64,000 bases of DNA, from IMG/VR virus record IMGVR_UViG_2619619299_000002. One strand, 5' to 3'. The notes under the pieces were generated by a model. That model did not search any database and was not told the DNA's origin. It saw nothing but the letters and a program-made list of their open reading frames with translations. The position numbers and the translations under genes are program-made. The DNA comes from an uncultured virus (IMG/VR IMGVR_UViG_2619619299_000002) (Duplodnaviria; Heunggongvirae; Uroviricota; Caudoviricetes). Numbering within the stretch: the first letter of the stretch is position 1; each line of letters starts with the position of its first letter. Shown here piece after piece: positions 27,417 through 36,667 of this stretch.

Positions 27417-28253
27417 ATGGAACTTCCAAGCATTAATGTTTCTGCACCAGAACCATTTTATCCAGGTCTTAATCAGACCGGTGGCGGTACTATGCAAAGT
27501 CCGGTAGTGGCATTCAATGGAATGCAGCTAATCCGGAATGGCTATTACGCAAAAGGTATGTGGCGTGAGGTTTTGGTTAAGCTCTGTTCAGAGGTTGATT
27601 TTTATATAAAAAGTTATGGCCGATTTGAGCCTTGGATGCTTGGTGATAGCTTTAGTCGAGATCTTAAGTTTCTCCCGTATGCAGATAACTATATGTGTGT
27701 GACTGGAGTTAGTTCTGCAGTGGCTTTAGCCTATGCGTACCGTAACCCGCTGCTCGTTACGTACCCAGCTCCGTCAAACGAGATCCAGCAAATTTCCGCT
27801 ACAGAACTGGGGCCAGTATCAGCGCTAGGGCACTTCATAAACGGGAAGGGTGCCACTGTTCGGATGGATATTACTAAACTCGGACTAAATCCATCTGTCA
27901 CTAAAATTCCAATGCTTGAGCAGCAGTTCAGTGCTCTAACCGTTGGCACTACGAGGGTCGTATTGGATAAGGTTCCTTACAATACTTTCGATGACTCTTT
28001 CAATACGGGTTCCGTTCTCGGGAATATCACTCTGAAGATCGAAGGCAATGCAACCAAGTATGAAAATGGTTCTGTGGTGTTTAATGGGGAGGCTCGTGCT
28101 TACAACGATAAGTATGACGCGAATCAAGGCTCTTTCAGAAATGCGTTGCCCGAAGCGGCGACGACGGTGCTGCGTGCAATTCAGAACGGGACAGGCGCCA
28201 AGGAGTTTGAAATCGAAATCAGGGGCTCGCTACCGATCGATATCCAACGGTAA
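27417..28253 (+). CDS. Colicin M-type lipid II-degrading bacteriocin
   Basis: N-terminal TonB-box-like ELPSINVSA; C-terminal LGNITLKIEG...NGEARAYNDKYDAN...R matches the ColM catalytic domain. Confidence 0.9.
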   Translation: MELPSINVSAPEPFYPGLNQTGGGTMQSPVVAFNGMQLIRNGYYAKGMWREVLVKLCSEVDFYIKSYGRFEPWMLGDSFSRDLKFLPYADNYMCVTGVSSAVALAYAYRNPLLVTYPAPSNEIQQISATELGPVSALGHFINGKGATVRMDITKLGLNPSVTKIPMLEQQFSALTVGTTRVVLDKVPYNTFDDSFNTGSVLGNITLKIEGNATKYENGSVVFNGEARAYNDKYDANQGSFRNALPEAATTVLRAIQNGTGAKEFEIEIRGSLPIDIQR

Positions 28254-28284
28254 CTGAGTCATTGTAGACGGGAGAGATCCCTTC

Positions 28285-28324
28285 CAGACACGGTCATGCC
28301 AGCTTTCGGCATGATCGCTGTTTG
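28285..28324 (+). terminator. Long hairpin between the bacteriocin and immunity genes
   Basis: CGGTCATGCC/GGCATGATCG stem. Confidence 0.55.
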
Positions 28325-28365
28325 TGGGTTTTGTGTGGAGAATTGTGTTTTTTCGCATGAGTGGT

Positions 28366-28395
28366 TTGACGGACCAAAAAAAACACCTCTAATAT
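28366..28395 (+). promoter_or_regulatory. Putative sigma70 promoter of the immunity gene
   Basis: TTGACG-N18-TAATAT with an A8 run in the spacer. Confidence 0.55.
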
Positions 28396-28439
28396 TGATC
28401 ATTATTTCGAACGATTGATCTGGGTGGGGTTAGATTATT

Positions 28440-28865
28440 ATGAGTTCATGGAAGTGGTATTTTTTTCTTGTTTTTTTATCGCTCTCAGCGTTTCTTTTGT
28501 ATGTGTGCTCCGTTGCTGGCGCGCTCGAAAACCCAAATGACCCAAGCGATACAACGGGAGTTCCTGCAGCTTATATTTTCTCATCATTTATCATGGGGTT
28601 AGGAACGCTTTCTTGGTGTTTGTCATTTATTGGATTGTTGGCTTGTAAATTTGTGAGCGGTGAGCATGTTAAGACTAAGCTCTTTATCTCTGGCATCGCT
28701 AACTTGCCTTTGCTTTTAACGTGTGCTCTTGGCGTTTTTTCGGTGGCGGCATTTTCGTATGATTCGATAACCGGAATTTTAAGTGGATTATTGTTTTTTT
28801 TAGTTGCGATTTTCCTTTGTTTGGGGTTGATTCGATCTCTTAAATCAAGCCAATCATCGATTTAG
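28440..28865 (+). CDS. pmiA: PmiA-type bacteriocin immunity protein
   Basis: 141 aa, four hydrophobic helices, DTTGVP in the first loop; directly downstream of the ColM-type gene. Confidence 0.82.
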   Translation: MSSWKWYFFLVFLSLSAFLLYVCSVAGALENPNDPSDTTGVPAAYIFSSFIMGLGTLSWCLSFIGLLACKFVSGEHVKTKLFISGIANLPLLLTCALGVFSVAAFSYDSITGILSGLLFFLVAIFLCLGLIRSLKSSQSSI

Positions 28866-28937
28866 CATTCATTCTTGATTTTCAGAGGTCGACCCTGACA
28901 TTGGCAGACGGTTCGAATTACTAAAAACCAACTTTAT

Positions 28938-28963
28938 GGCCTCGATATTGATCGAGGCCTTTT
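28938..28963 (+). terminator. Rho-independent terminator
   Basis: GGCCTCGAT/ATCGAGGCC stem with T4. Confidence 0.75.
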
Positions 28964-29077
28964 CATTTTCGGCCCCACCACACCCATTGCTCCGAACTGG
29001 GAGTGCTGCTGGGGCTGATTCAAATCTGCAGGTCATGGCCTGTCATATTCATAACTCCCTGACGGGGAGGAACCGAG

Positions 29078-29413
29078 ATGTCCAACATGCCAGACAAACC
29101 AGACACCTGGCTCATCGTGCTTGCATGGCTGAGTCAGCATTCGCCGACGCTTTATGCCGCAGGACTATCTGCCTTGATGGCTGGTATCAGGATCATCTAT
29201 GGCGGGGGTACCCGGCGCCAGGCTTTGCTTGAGGCGGCGATCTGCACCTTGATCACGATTGGCCTGATTCCAGTCCTTGAGTACTTCGGTCTGCCGCAGA
29301 ACCTTGCGACGGCTGCCGGGGTGTTTATCGGGTTTCTGGGCGTGAAGAAGCTGGCCGACTTTGCTGATCGGGTCGCCGAGTTCAAGTTTCCCAGAAGCGG
29401 TGCGGGGCAGTAA
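29078..29413 (+). CDS. Lambda-family holin
   Basis: MSNMPDKPDTW dual-start-like N-terminus; three TM segments; FIGFLGVKK. Confidence 0.88.
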   Translation: MSNMPDKPDTWLIVLAWLSQHSPTLYAAGLSALMAGIRIIYGGGTRRQALLEAAICTLITIGLIPVLEYFGLPQNLATAAGVFIGFLGVKKLADFADRVAEFKFPRSGAGQ

Positions 29414-29453
29414 TCCGCGCCACGTTTTCGAATGCGTCAAATCGTGGCGCGGA
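29414..29453. repeat. Palindromic element copy 3 (intergenic)
   Basis: TCCGCGCCACGTTTT-N10-AAATCGTGGCGCGGA, one mismatch. Confidence 0.85.
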
Positions 29454-29461
29454 GTTGACCG

Positions 29462-29659
29462 ATGCATAACGTCACACACCTGCGTCACGCTCTCCCATTG
29501 AGCCAAGACATCAACGCTGCGGTAAGCGCCCTCGACAAGGCCATTGCCGATGCTGTGGATGCTGCCAAGTCAGCCGGGCTACCTCAGGGGCTGATCGTGA
29601 GTTTGCTCCACGGCCACGCCCATGCACAAACACACCAAATGGCAACGGATTCCCCATGA
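29462..29659 (+). CDS. Small hypothetical protein
   Basis: 65 aa; GGAG SD. Confidence 0.65.
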   Translation: MHNVTHLRHALPLSQDINAAVSALDKAIADAVDAAKSAGLPQGLIVSLLHGHAHAQTHQMATDSP

Positions 29660-29799
29660 CAACCAATCAACCCGACCGGGAGCGCATTGAACAGCTCTTC
29701 CGGGCTGCGTCGCTTTGCATCAAATCCCCTGCCGGTGTAATGGCATTTATGGCAACGATCATGAAGTAAACTCTGAATTTGCCCGTAGGGATTGCGATA

Positions 29800-30237
29800 A
29801 TGAGTTGGCAAATTAGACAGGCCGTCCTAAGCGACTTCAAATGGTTGGTGCGTGTGGATCCTTCAGCGGAAAACGACCATAGTCGTCGGACGCAAATCGC
29901 TAGAGCAATAAGCAATGGCGAATGCTGGGTCGCTTGTGATTCGGCCGATCCCTCTGTCCCAGTCGGTTATGGATGCTTGGATAAGAGTTTTTTCGGTGAG
30001 TGGTTTGTTCCGCTCGTAATAGTCTCGAATGCACACAGACGATGCGGAATAGGTCGGAAGATCGTTGCTCACTTAGAACATTGCTCATCTGCCCAAAAGA
30101 TCTTCACTTCTACCAATATGTCCAATACACCCATGCGGGAGTTGCTCGTGCAGCTTGGGTACCAATCTAGCGGCGTAGTGGAGAATCTTGATCCTGGTGA
30201 TCCGGAGCTGATTTTTATGAAGATTCTTGGCGAGTAG
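29800..30237 (+). CDS. GNAT-family acetyltransferase (moron)
   Basis: VSNAHRRCGIGRKIV acetyl-CoA motif; SNTPMRELLVQLGY. Confidence 0.88.
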   Translation: MSWQIRQAVLSDFKWLVRVDPSAENDHSRRTQIARAISNGECWVACDSADPSVPVGYGCLDKSFFGEWFVPLVIVSNAHRRCGIGRKIVAHLEHCSSAQKIFTSTNMSNTPMRELLVQLGYQSSGVVENLDPGDPELIFMKILGE

Positions 30238-30311
30238 AATTCCGTGTATTTCTCTGAGTTCATCTTCGCTGATAGCGGCTTACCACTAGTGTTCGAATCC
30301 CGGAGGGGCTC

Positions 30312-30935
30312 ATGGATAGGCCGTACCCTCCGGCGTCCCTGCTTGAGCTATCCGAGTTTTCCGACTTCGGTATCCGCCTGACTCCTGCGCCCGAAGTATG
30401 GGAATGGCTCCAGGCCGAGATCCTCGCCGACACCGGCAGCATTCACAACGAAGACCATGCCCACCTACTGGATGCAGACATCCGGGTCATGTGGGCGTCG
30501 TCCTGCTTCGAGAAGCAGGGCCGCACAGTCTTGGGCCAGGCCGAACAGGTAGCGTTCCGCGCCGGCGGCTGGCAGAAAGCACGGATGGAGCAGCAGATGC
30601 GTGATTGGTTCGGCGATGTGCCGGCCTTTATCATCACTCTGGCTGCTGACTACTGCGCCCAGTGCAGCGACCTTGAGTTCTGCGCCCTGATCGAGCACGA
30701 GCTGTATCACCTGGCTCACGCGACCGACAAGTACGGTCAACCTGCATTCACCCAAGACGGCGCACCGAAGATCAAGCTGCAGGGCCACGACGTGGAAGAG
30801 TTCATCGGTGTTGTCCGCCGCTACGGTGCAAGCCATGACGTTCAAGCGTTAGTGGATGCTGCAAACAGTCCTGCTGAGGTGGGGAAATTGAACATTGCGA
30901 GGGCCTGCGGAACCTGTCTGCTCAAGTCGGCCTGA
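30312..30935 (+). CDS. Putative phage metallopeptidase
   Basis: LIEHELYH HExxH and GHDVEEF motifs. Confidence 0.8.
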   Translation: MDRPYPPASLLELSEFSDFGIRLTPAPEVWEWLQAEILADTGSIHNEDHAHLLDADIRVMWASSCFEKQGRTVLGQAEQVAFRAGGWQKARMEQQMRDWFGDVPAFIITLAADYCAQCSDLEFCALIEHELYHLAHATDKYGQPAFTQDGAPKIKLQGHDVEEFIGVVRRYGASHDVQALVDAANSPAEVGKLNIARACGTCLLKSA

Positions 30936-30966
30936 TTCTGGACAGGCTCTGGACGGATGAGAATCT

Positions 30967-31428
30967 ATGGCAGCCCTTCAAAACGACGTGAAGGCCTTTA
31001 TCGTTCAGGCCCTGGCGTGCTTCGACACGCCCTCACAGGTTGTTGAGGCTGTCCAGAAAGAATATGGGGTTGTTGTAACCCGCCAGCAGGTGGAAACGCA
31101 TGACCCAACGAAGACATCGGGTAAAGGCCTGGCAAAGCGCTGGGTGACGATGTTCGAAGACACCAGAAAGCGTTTCCGCGAAGAGACAGCTGACATCCCA
31201 ATCGCCAACCGTGCCTTCCGCCTCCGCGCTATGAACCGCTTTGTGGAGAAGGCCGAGTCGATGAAGAACATTGGCCTGGCCATGCAGATCCTCGAGCAGG
31301 CCGCGAAAGAAACCGGCGACATCTACGTCAACCGGGCCAGGAAGGAAGAGGCGGGCGACGAACCAGCGATCCCGACCCGCATCCAGGTCGACGTGGTGGA
31401 CGCGAGGAAGCCGAATGCCGAGCCTTAA
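30967..31428 (+). CDS. terS: Terminase small subunit (DUF2280-like)
   Basis: FIVQALACFDTPSQV motif; overlaps the terL start. Confidence 0.8.
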   Translation: MAALQNDVKAFIVQALACFDTPSQVVEAVQKEYGVVVTRQQVETHDPTKTSGKGLAKRWVTMFEDTRKRFREETADIPIANRAFRLRAMNRFVEKAESMKNIGLAMQILEQAAKETGDIYVNRARKEEAGDEPAIPTRIQVDVVDARKPNAEP

Positions 31429-32716
31429 TGTCCCGCAGGCTCAGTTCCTCACGCTGCCCCACAAGTTTCGTGCGTTCGTTGCTGGGTTCGGCTCAGGCAA
31501 GACCTGGGTGGGATGCTCGGCGCTGAGCAAGCACTTCATGGAGTGGCCCGGCGTCAACGCTGGCTACTTCGCACCGACTTACCCGCAAATCCGGGACATC
31601 TTCTATCCGACCATGGATGAGGTGGCCTACGACTGGGGGCTGAAGACCAAGATCAACCAGGCGAACCACGAGGTTCACATCTACAGCGGCCGGCAGTACC
31701 GCGGCACCGTGATTTGCCGGTCGATGGAGAAGCCGCAGACCATCGTTGGCTTCAAGATCGGTCATGCCCTGGTGGATGAGCTGGACGTGCTGACCGCGGT
31801 CAAGGCGCAGCAGGCTTGGCGCAAGATCATTGCCCGGATGCGTTACAACTTGCCTGGGCTCAAGAACGGGGTGGACGTCACCACGACGCCGGAAGGCTTC
31901 AAGTTCGTCTTCCTGCAGTTCGTGAAGCAGTTGCGGGACAAGCCTTCGCTCAAAGAGATGTACGGCCTGGTACAAGCCAGCACTTTCGACAACGAGCTGA
32001 ACCTGCCGGATGACTACATCGCATCCCTGATGGAGTCGTATCCACCACAGCTGATCATGGCGTACCTCAAGGGCCAGTTCGTCAACCTGACGTCCGGGAC
32101 GATCTACACGGCCTACGATCGCAAGCTCAACGAATGCTTCGACACCGTAAAGCCTGGTGAGCCCCTGTTCATCGGCATGGACTTCAACGTTGGCAAGATG
32201 GCGGCGATTACCCACGTAAAGCGCGATCAGGGCTTGCCCAGGGCAGTAGATGAGTTGATCGACGGCTACGACACGCCTGACATGATCCGCCGCATCAAGG
32301 AACGCTACTGGCAGCACGACGGCAACGACTTCAAGAAAACGTGCGAGATCAGGATCTACCCGGATGCCTCGGGCGATTCACGCAAGTCTGTGAACGCCAG
32401 CATCACCGACCTTGCCATGCTCAAGCAGGCCGGGTTCGCGGTCATCGCTCCAGCGGCAAACCCGCCGGTGAAGGATCGAATCAACGCAATGAACGCCGTC
32501 TTCTGCAATGCGCAGGGCGAGCGCCGCTACCTGGTCAATCCGTTCACCTGCCCAACCTACGCCGATGGCCTGGAGCAGCAGGTGTGGGGCGCGAACGGTG
32601 AGCCAGACAAAACCGCCGGCATCGATCACGCGAACGACGCCGGCGGCTACTTCATCCACCGCGAGTACCCGATCATCAAACCGGTCACCGCTATCAAAAT
32701 GGGATACGCCCGATGA
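31415..32716 (+). CDS. terL: Terminase large subunit
   Basis: AGFGSGKT Walker A, LVDE Walker B, GMDFN and DHANDA nuclease motifs. Confidence 0.95.
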   Translation: MPSLNVPQAQFLTLPHKFRAFVAGFGSGKTWVGCSALSKHFMEWPGVNAGYFAPTYPQIRDIFYPTMDEVAYDWGLKTKINQANHEVHIYSGRQYRGTVICRSMEKPQTIVGFKIGHALVDELDVLTAVKAQQAWRKIIARMRYNLPGLKNGVDVTTTPEGFKFVFLQFVKQLRDKPSLKEMYGLVQASTFDNELNLPDDYIASLMESYPPQLIMAYLKGQFVNLTSGTIYTAYDRKLNECFDTVKPGEPLFIGMDFNVGKMAAITHVKRDQGLPRAVDELIDGYDTPDMIRRIKERYWQHDGNDFKKTCEIRIYPDASGDSRKSVNASITDLAMLKQAGFAVIAPAANPPVKDRINAMNAVFCNAQGERRYLVNPFTCPTYADGLEQQVWGANGEPDKTAGIDHANDAGGYFIHREYPIIKPVTAIKMGYAR

Positions 32717-34131
32717 GCAACGACGTCTCCTTCAAGCGGGCGGATTACATTGAAGCGCTGGACCGCTGGGCGACCGTTCGCGACGTCTGCGCCGGGCAGC
32801 ATCGGGTTGTCGATCGGCTCCCATACATCAACGCGCACGACAAGTCGCCGGAGAACGAAGACCGGAACCGGGCTTACCGCGAGCGAGCGGTGTTCAAGAA
32901 CGCCACCGGGCACACCCGTAACGGATTGCTTGGCCTGGCCTTCCATAAAGACCCGACACTCACGGTGTCGAAGAAACTGGAATATCTGCAGGACAACGCC
33001 AACGGTTCCGGCGTCAGCGTCTACCAGCATTCCCAGGGCACGCTTGAAAAGGTGCTTGAGGCCGGTCGGCATGGGCTGTACGTCGACTATCACCAGGACG
33101 ACAGCATCGGCGGGCACTCGGTGATCCTGTCCTACTGCGCTGAAGACATCATCAACTGGCGCACCGGCATGGTTAACGGTCACAGCGTGCTGACGCTGGT
33201 GGTGTTGCGTGAGTCGCCTGAGATTCCCGACGGCTTCGGTTTCAAGACGGTCGAGCAGTACCGGGAACTGGCGCTGGAGGGCGACGGCTTTGTCTGCCGG
33301 GTCTGGCGCAGGTCCGGGCCGAAAGGTGGCGGGCCGCTGGCGGTCACCGAAGAATTCAGGCCTAAAGGTGTCACTGGGCGTTTCAAAGAGATCCCGTTCA
33401 CCTTTGTCGGCGCGCAGAACAATGACCCCAGCATCGACGAATCACCCCTGTACGACATCGCCATGATCAACCTGGGCCATTACCGGAACAGCGCCGACTA
33501 TGAAGACAGCGTTTTCTGGTGTGGGCAGGCTCAGCCGTGGATCAGCGGCTTGGATGAGCAGTGGCGCGACTGGATGGAGAAGAACGGCGTCTATGTCGGC
33601 TCCAGGGCGCCAATGATGCTGCCGGCCGGTGGCCAGTTCGGCTACGCGCAGCCATTGCCCAACACACTGGTCAAAGAGGCCATGGCCGACAAGAACCAGA
33701 TGATGATCGAGCTGGGCGCGCGGATGGTGGTGGCGTCAATTGCCACCAAGACCGCTACGGAGTCTCGTGGTGATCAGTCGGCCTCCACTTCGGTGCTGGC
33801 CGGCTGCGTGGCAAACGTAAGCGAGGCTTACACCCGGGCAATCATGTGGTGCTGTGCCTACATGGGCATCGCTGACAAGAAGGTTGCCTACCAGGTGAAT
33901 CAGGAGTTCGTCGAGCTGACGGCTGATCCGCAGATGATCACCGCCTTGGTCGGCTTGTGGCAGAACGGCGGGTTCGCGAAGGCTGACCTTCGGGCCTACC
34001 TGCGTAAGTTGGGTCTGATCGCGCCAGAGCGCACTGACCTGCAGATCGACGGCGAATTGCAGGAGCAGGGCGACGGCCTGGGCTTGGACAACGAGGACGC
34101 ACCAAATGGCGGCAAACCAAGCAATCCATGA
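32713..34131 (+). CDS. Portal protein (DUF4055-like)
   Basis: 472 aa directly after terL; NLGHYRNSADYE motif. Confidence 0.85.
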   Translation: MSNDVSFKRADYIEALDRWATVRDVCAGQHRVVDRLPYINAHDKSPENEDRNRAYRERAVFKNATGHTRNGLLGLAFHKDPTLTVSKKLEYLQDNANGSGVSVYQHSQGTLEKVLEAGRHGLYVDYHQDDSIGGHSVILSYCAEDIINWRTGMVNGHSVLTLVVLRESPEIPDGFGFKTVEQYRELALEGDGFVCRVWRRSGPKGGGPLAVTEEFRPKGVTGRFKEIPFTFVGAQNNDPSIDESPLYDIAMINLGHYRNSADYEDSVFWCGQAQPWISGLDEQWRDWMEKNGVYVGSRAPMMLPAGGQFGYAQPLPNTLVKEAMADKNQMMIELGARMVVASIATKTATESRGDQSASTSVLAGCVANVSEAYTRAIMWCCAYMGIADKKVAYQVNQEFVELTADPQMITALVGLWQNGGFAKADLRAYLRKLGLIAPERTDLQIDGELQEQGDGLGLDNEDAPNGGKPSNP

Positions 34132-35194
34132 CGCCACCATCCGGCACGCCGTTTTCCTCGAAAAGCTGAAGGCGGGGGAGGTGGGCAAGTTCGCCCCCTT
34201 CCTCAAGGAGATCGATCGCTCGATCCGCGACCGGCTGACCCAGTCGGACCTGACCGAGTACAACGTCAAGCGCCTGGAAGCGCTGCTGAAAGAGGTGGAT
34301 AGCCTGCTGCTGGGCATCTTCGACCGCTACAGCGCGCAACTGAACCTCGACTTGGTGGATATCGCCAACTATGAGGCCGAGTTCGAGGCGACCAGTCTTG
34401 CCAGGTCAGCACCGGTCGGTGTATCGCTCGACGTGGTTGCGCCGACAGCCGCAGCAATCCGCACCGCAGTGCTGACAAACCCGCTCAGCGCGCGCGGCAC
34501 CGGCGGCGGAAAGCTGTTGAAGGCCTTCATCAAGGGTTGGACCGGCGCCGAGCGAGAGCGTGTCACCGGCACTATTCGGCAGGGCTACTTCGAAGGGCAG
34601 ACGAACTTCCAGATCATCCGCAACATTCGCGGTACCAAGGCTGCCGGGTACAAAGACGGCATCCTGGCGACCACCAACCGCAATGCCGCCACGGTCGTAC
34701 ATACCGCGATTCAGCATGTGTCGTCTCAGGCGCGTATGGAGGTGGCCAAGGCCAACACTGACATCGTGGAAGAAATCCAGATGGTGGCCACGCTGGACAG
34801 CAAAACCAGTCAGCTTTGCCGCTCTATGGACAAGCGCAAGTTTCCGGTGGATTCCGGCCCAAGGCCGCCATTCCACCCGAACTGCCGCATTACCTTCATT
34901 CTCCTGACCAAGCTCAGCGCGATGTTTGCCAAAGGTGCTACCCGGGCTTCGGTGGGTGCCAATGGCGGACAGCAGGTCAGTGCCGACCTCGACTATTACC
35001 ACTGGCTTCAGCAGCAGCCTGCGGCGTTTCAGGATGTGGCGATCGGTCCGGTGCGTGCCAAGTTGTTCCGGGAGGGGGGATTGACGGTGGAGCGATTCGC
35101 CGAGCTGCAGCTTGATCGCAACTTCTCGCCGCTGACGCTGGCGCAGATGAAAGGGCTTGAACCGCTGGCTTTTGAGCGTGCAGGGTTGCTATAA
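34106..35194 (+). CDS. Minor head morphogenesis protein (SPP1 gp7 / Mu F-like)
   Basis: ATLDSKTS..C and PPFHPNCR motifs. Confidence 0.88.
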   Translation: MAANQAIHDATIRHAVFLEKLKAGEVGKFAPFLKEIDRSIRDRLTQSDLTEYNVKRLEALLKEVDSLLLGIFDRYSAQLNLDLVDIANYEAEFEATSLARSAPVGVSLDVVAPTAAAIRTAVLTNPLSARGTGGGKLLKAFIKGWTGAERERVTGTIRQGYFEGQTNFQIIRNIRGTKAAGYKDGILATTNRNAATVVHTAIQHVSSQARMEVAKANTDIVEEIQMVATLDSKTSQLCRSMDKRKFPVDSGPRPPFHPNCRITFILLTKLSAMFAKGATRASVGANGGQQVSADLDYYHWLQQQPAAFQDVAIGPVRAKLFREGGLTVERFAELQLDRNFSPLTLAQMKGLEPLAFERAGLL

Positions 35195-35217
35195 CACCTC
35201 AATCAAATGGAGGTGGC

Positions 35218-35826
35218 ATGAAATATCTCATAGTGTTGGGGGCTCTGGCTGCCTTTGTACTTGGCTGCCTGCTTGGGCTCACCGCCGGAGTAAACCTAAA
35301 TCCTAATGCAACCGTTAGCTTCGTGCCTAATTGGGGAAGTCTTGGCGACTGGGTTTCTGGGGTTGGCGCGCTGCTTGCGGTGGTTGTTGCTGTATGGCTG
35401 GCCGATACACAGAGAAAAGATAATGCGGAAAAGTTGACCTTAAAGTGTGGGGTTAAGCCGGCAAACGATGGATCAATGATTTTTGGTGGTCGCGATTTAG
35501 TCGTCGAGTTGATTTCCTCTGGCAGCAGGCCCGTAAGAGTCAGTGGAGCTAAAATAGGCGCCAAAGGTAAGGCTGGCGGCTGGAAGGCTTACATGGCTGG
35601 GCCAACCGGAAAAGGATTTCCCTTTACTCTCAATTACGGTGAGGGTGAGGAAATACGGCTTTCTTTCCGGGATGTGAGTGATGTCCTTGACCATTTTAGT
35701 GCCGAGTACCAGGGAGATCTTTCCAAGGCTCAGGCGACTGTATTTTCTACGCTCGGACACTGGGAGGTAGATATTTCGACGACGCTATCGGAGCTGAAGA
35801 TGCTTCGCGAAAAGCAGAGAAGCTGA
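35218..35826 (+). CDS. Membrane-anchored hypothetical protein (moron)
   Basis: Two N-terminal hydrophobic segments; lower GC; terminator downstream. Confidence 0.8.
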   Translation: MKYLIVLGALAAFVLGCLLGLTAGVNLNPNATVSFVPNWGSLGDWVSGVGALLAVVVAVWLADTQRKDNAEKLTLKCGVKPANDGSMIFGGRDLVVELISSGSRPVRVSGAKIGAKGKAGGWKAYMAGPTGKGFPFTLNYGEGEEIRLSFRDVSDVLDHFSAEYQGDLSKAQATVFSTLGHWEVDISTTLSELKMLREKQRS

Positions 35827-35856
35827 TCACTACTTTCCACCTCAAATCTTTCAAAC

Positions 35857-35883
35857 AGCCCTGGCAAACGCCGGGGCTTTTTT
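35857..35883 (+). terminator. Rho-independent terminator
   Basis: AGCCCTGGC/GCCGGGGCT stem with T tail. Confidence 0.75.
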
Positions 35884-35926
35884 ATGCCTGCAAAGCGGGC
35901 CGACTAAACCCAAGGGGTGCATCAAC

Positions 35927-36655
35927 GTGGCAGAAGAAAACGAAATCGACCTGGAAAACCCGGCAATCAAGGCCGCTATCGCGACTGCCGTTGAAGCATC
36001 CGTTTCGGGTTTGAAAACCAAGAACTCGGAGCTGCTGGGCAAGCTGAAGGAGACCTCCGGCAAGCTGACCCAGTTCGAAACCCAATTTGAAGGCATCGAC
36101 ATCGACGCCGTCAAAGGACTGCTCAGTCGAGCGGGCCAGGACGAAGAAACCAGGTTGCTAACTGAGGGCAAGGTTGACGAAGTGTTCAACAAGCGCACCG
36201 AGCGCCTGCGTGGCGAGCACGACAAGCAACTGAAGGCGCTCGCCGGCCGCGCCGAGAAGGCTGAAGCCTTCGCCGCCAAGTTCCAGGGCAAAGTCTTGGG
36301 CGACTCGGTGCGCGGCGCTGCACTGAAAGCCGGCGCACTGCCGGAAGCAACCGACGACATCATCCTGCGCGCCAAAGGCGTGTTCTCTCTAAACGAAGAG
36401 GGCGAAGCGGTCGCTGTCGATGAGCATGGCCAGACCATCCTAGGCAAAGACGGCAAGACCCCTCTGACTCCGCTCGAATGGGCGGAATCCCTGCGCGAAA
36501 GCGCACCCCACCTGTGGCCAAGGGCTTCAGGGACACAAGCCCCGGGCGGGGGCGGCGGCCAGGCTGCATTCAAGCGCTCCGAAATGACCTCCGAGCAAAA
36601 GCGCGAATACCAGCGCAAGCACGGCCAAACCGCATATCTGCAATTGCCCAAGTAA
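35927..36655 (+). CDS. Head scaffolding protein
   Basis: Helical protein before the capsid gene; GTG start. Confidence 0.75.
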   Translation: MAEENEIDLENPAIKAAIATAVEASVSGLKTKNSELLGKLKETSGKLTQFETQFEGIDIDAVKGLLSRAGQDEETRLLTEGKVDEVFNKRTERLRGEHDKQLKALAGRAEKAEAFAAKFQGKVLGDSVRGAALKAGALPEATDDIILRAKGVFSLNEEGEAVAVDEHGQTILGKDGKTPLTPLEWAESLRESAPHLWPRASGTQAPGGGGGQAAFKRSEMTSEQKREYQRKHGQTAYLQLPK

Positions 36656-36667
36656 GGGGAAATATTC

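Noticed and set aside
30291..30301. GTTCGAATCCC T-loop-like motif suggesting a tRNA
   Set aside because: Flanks do not form a T stem or a cloverleaf
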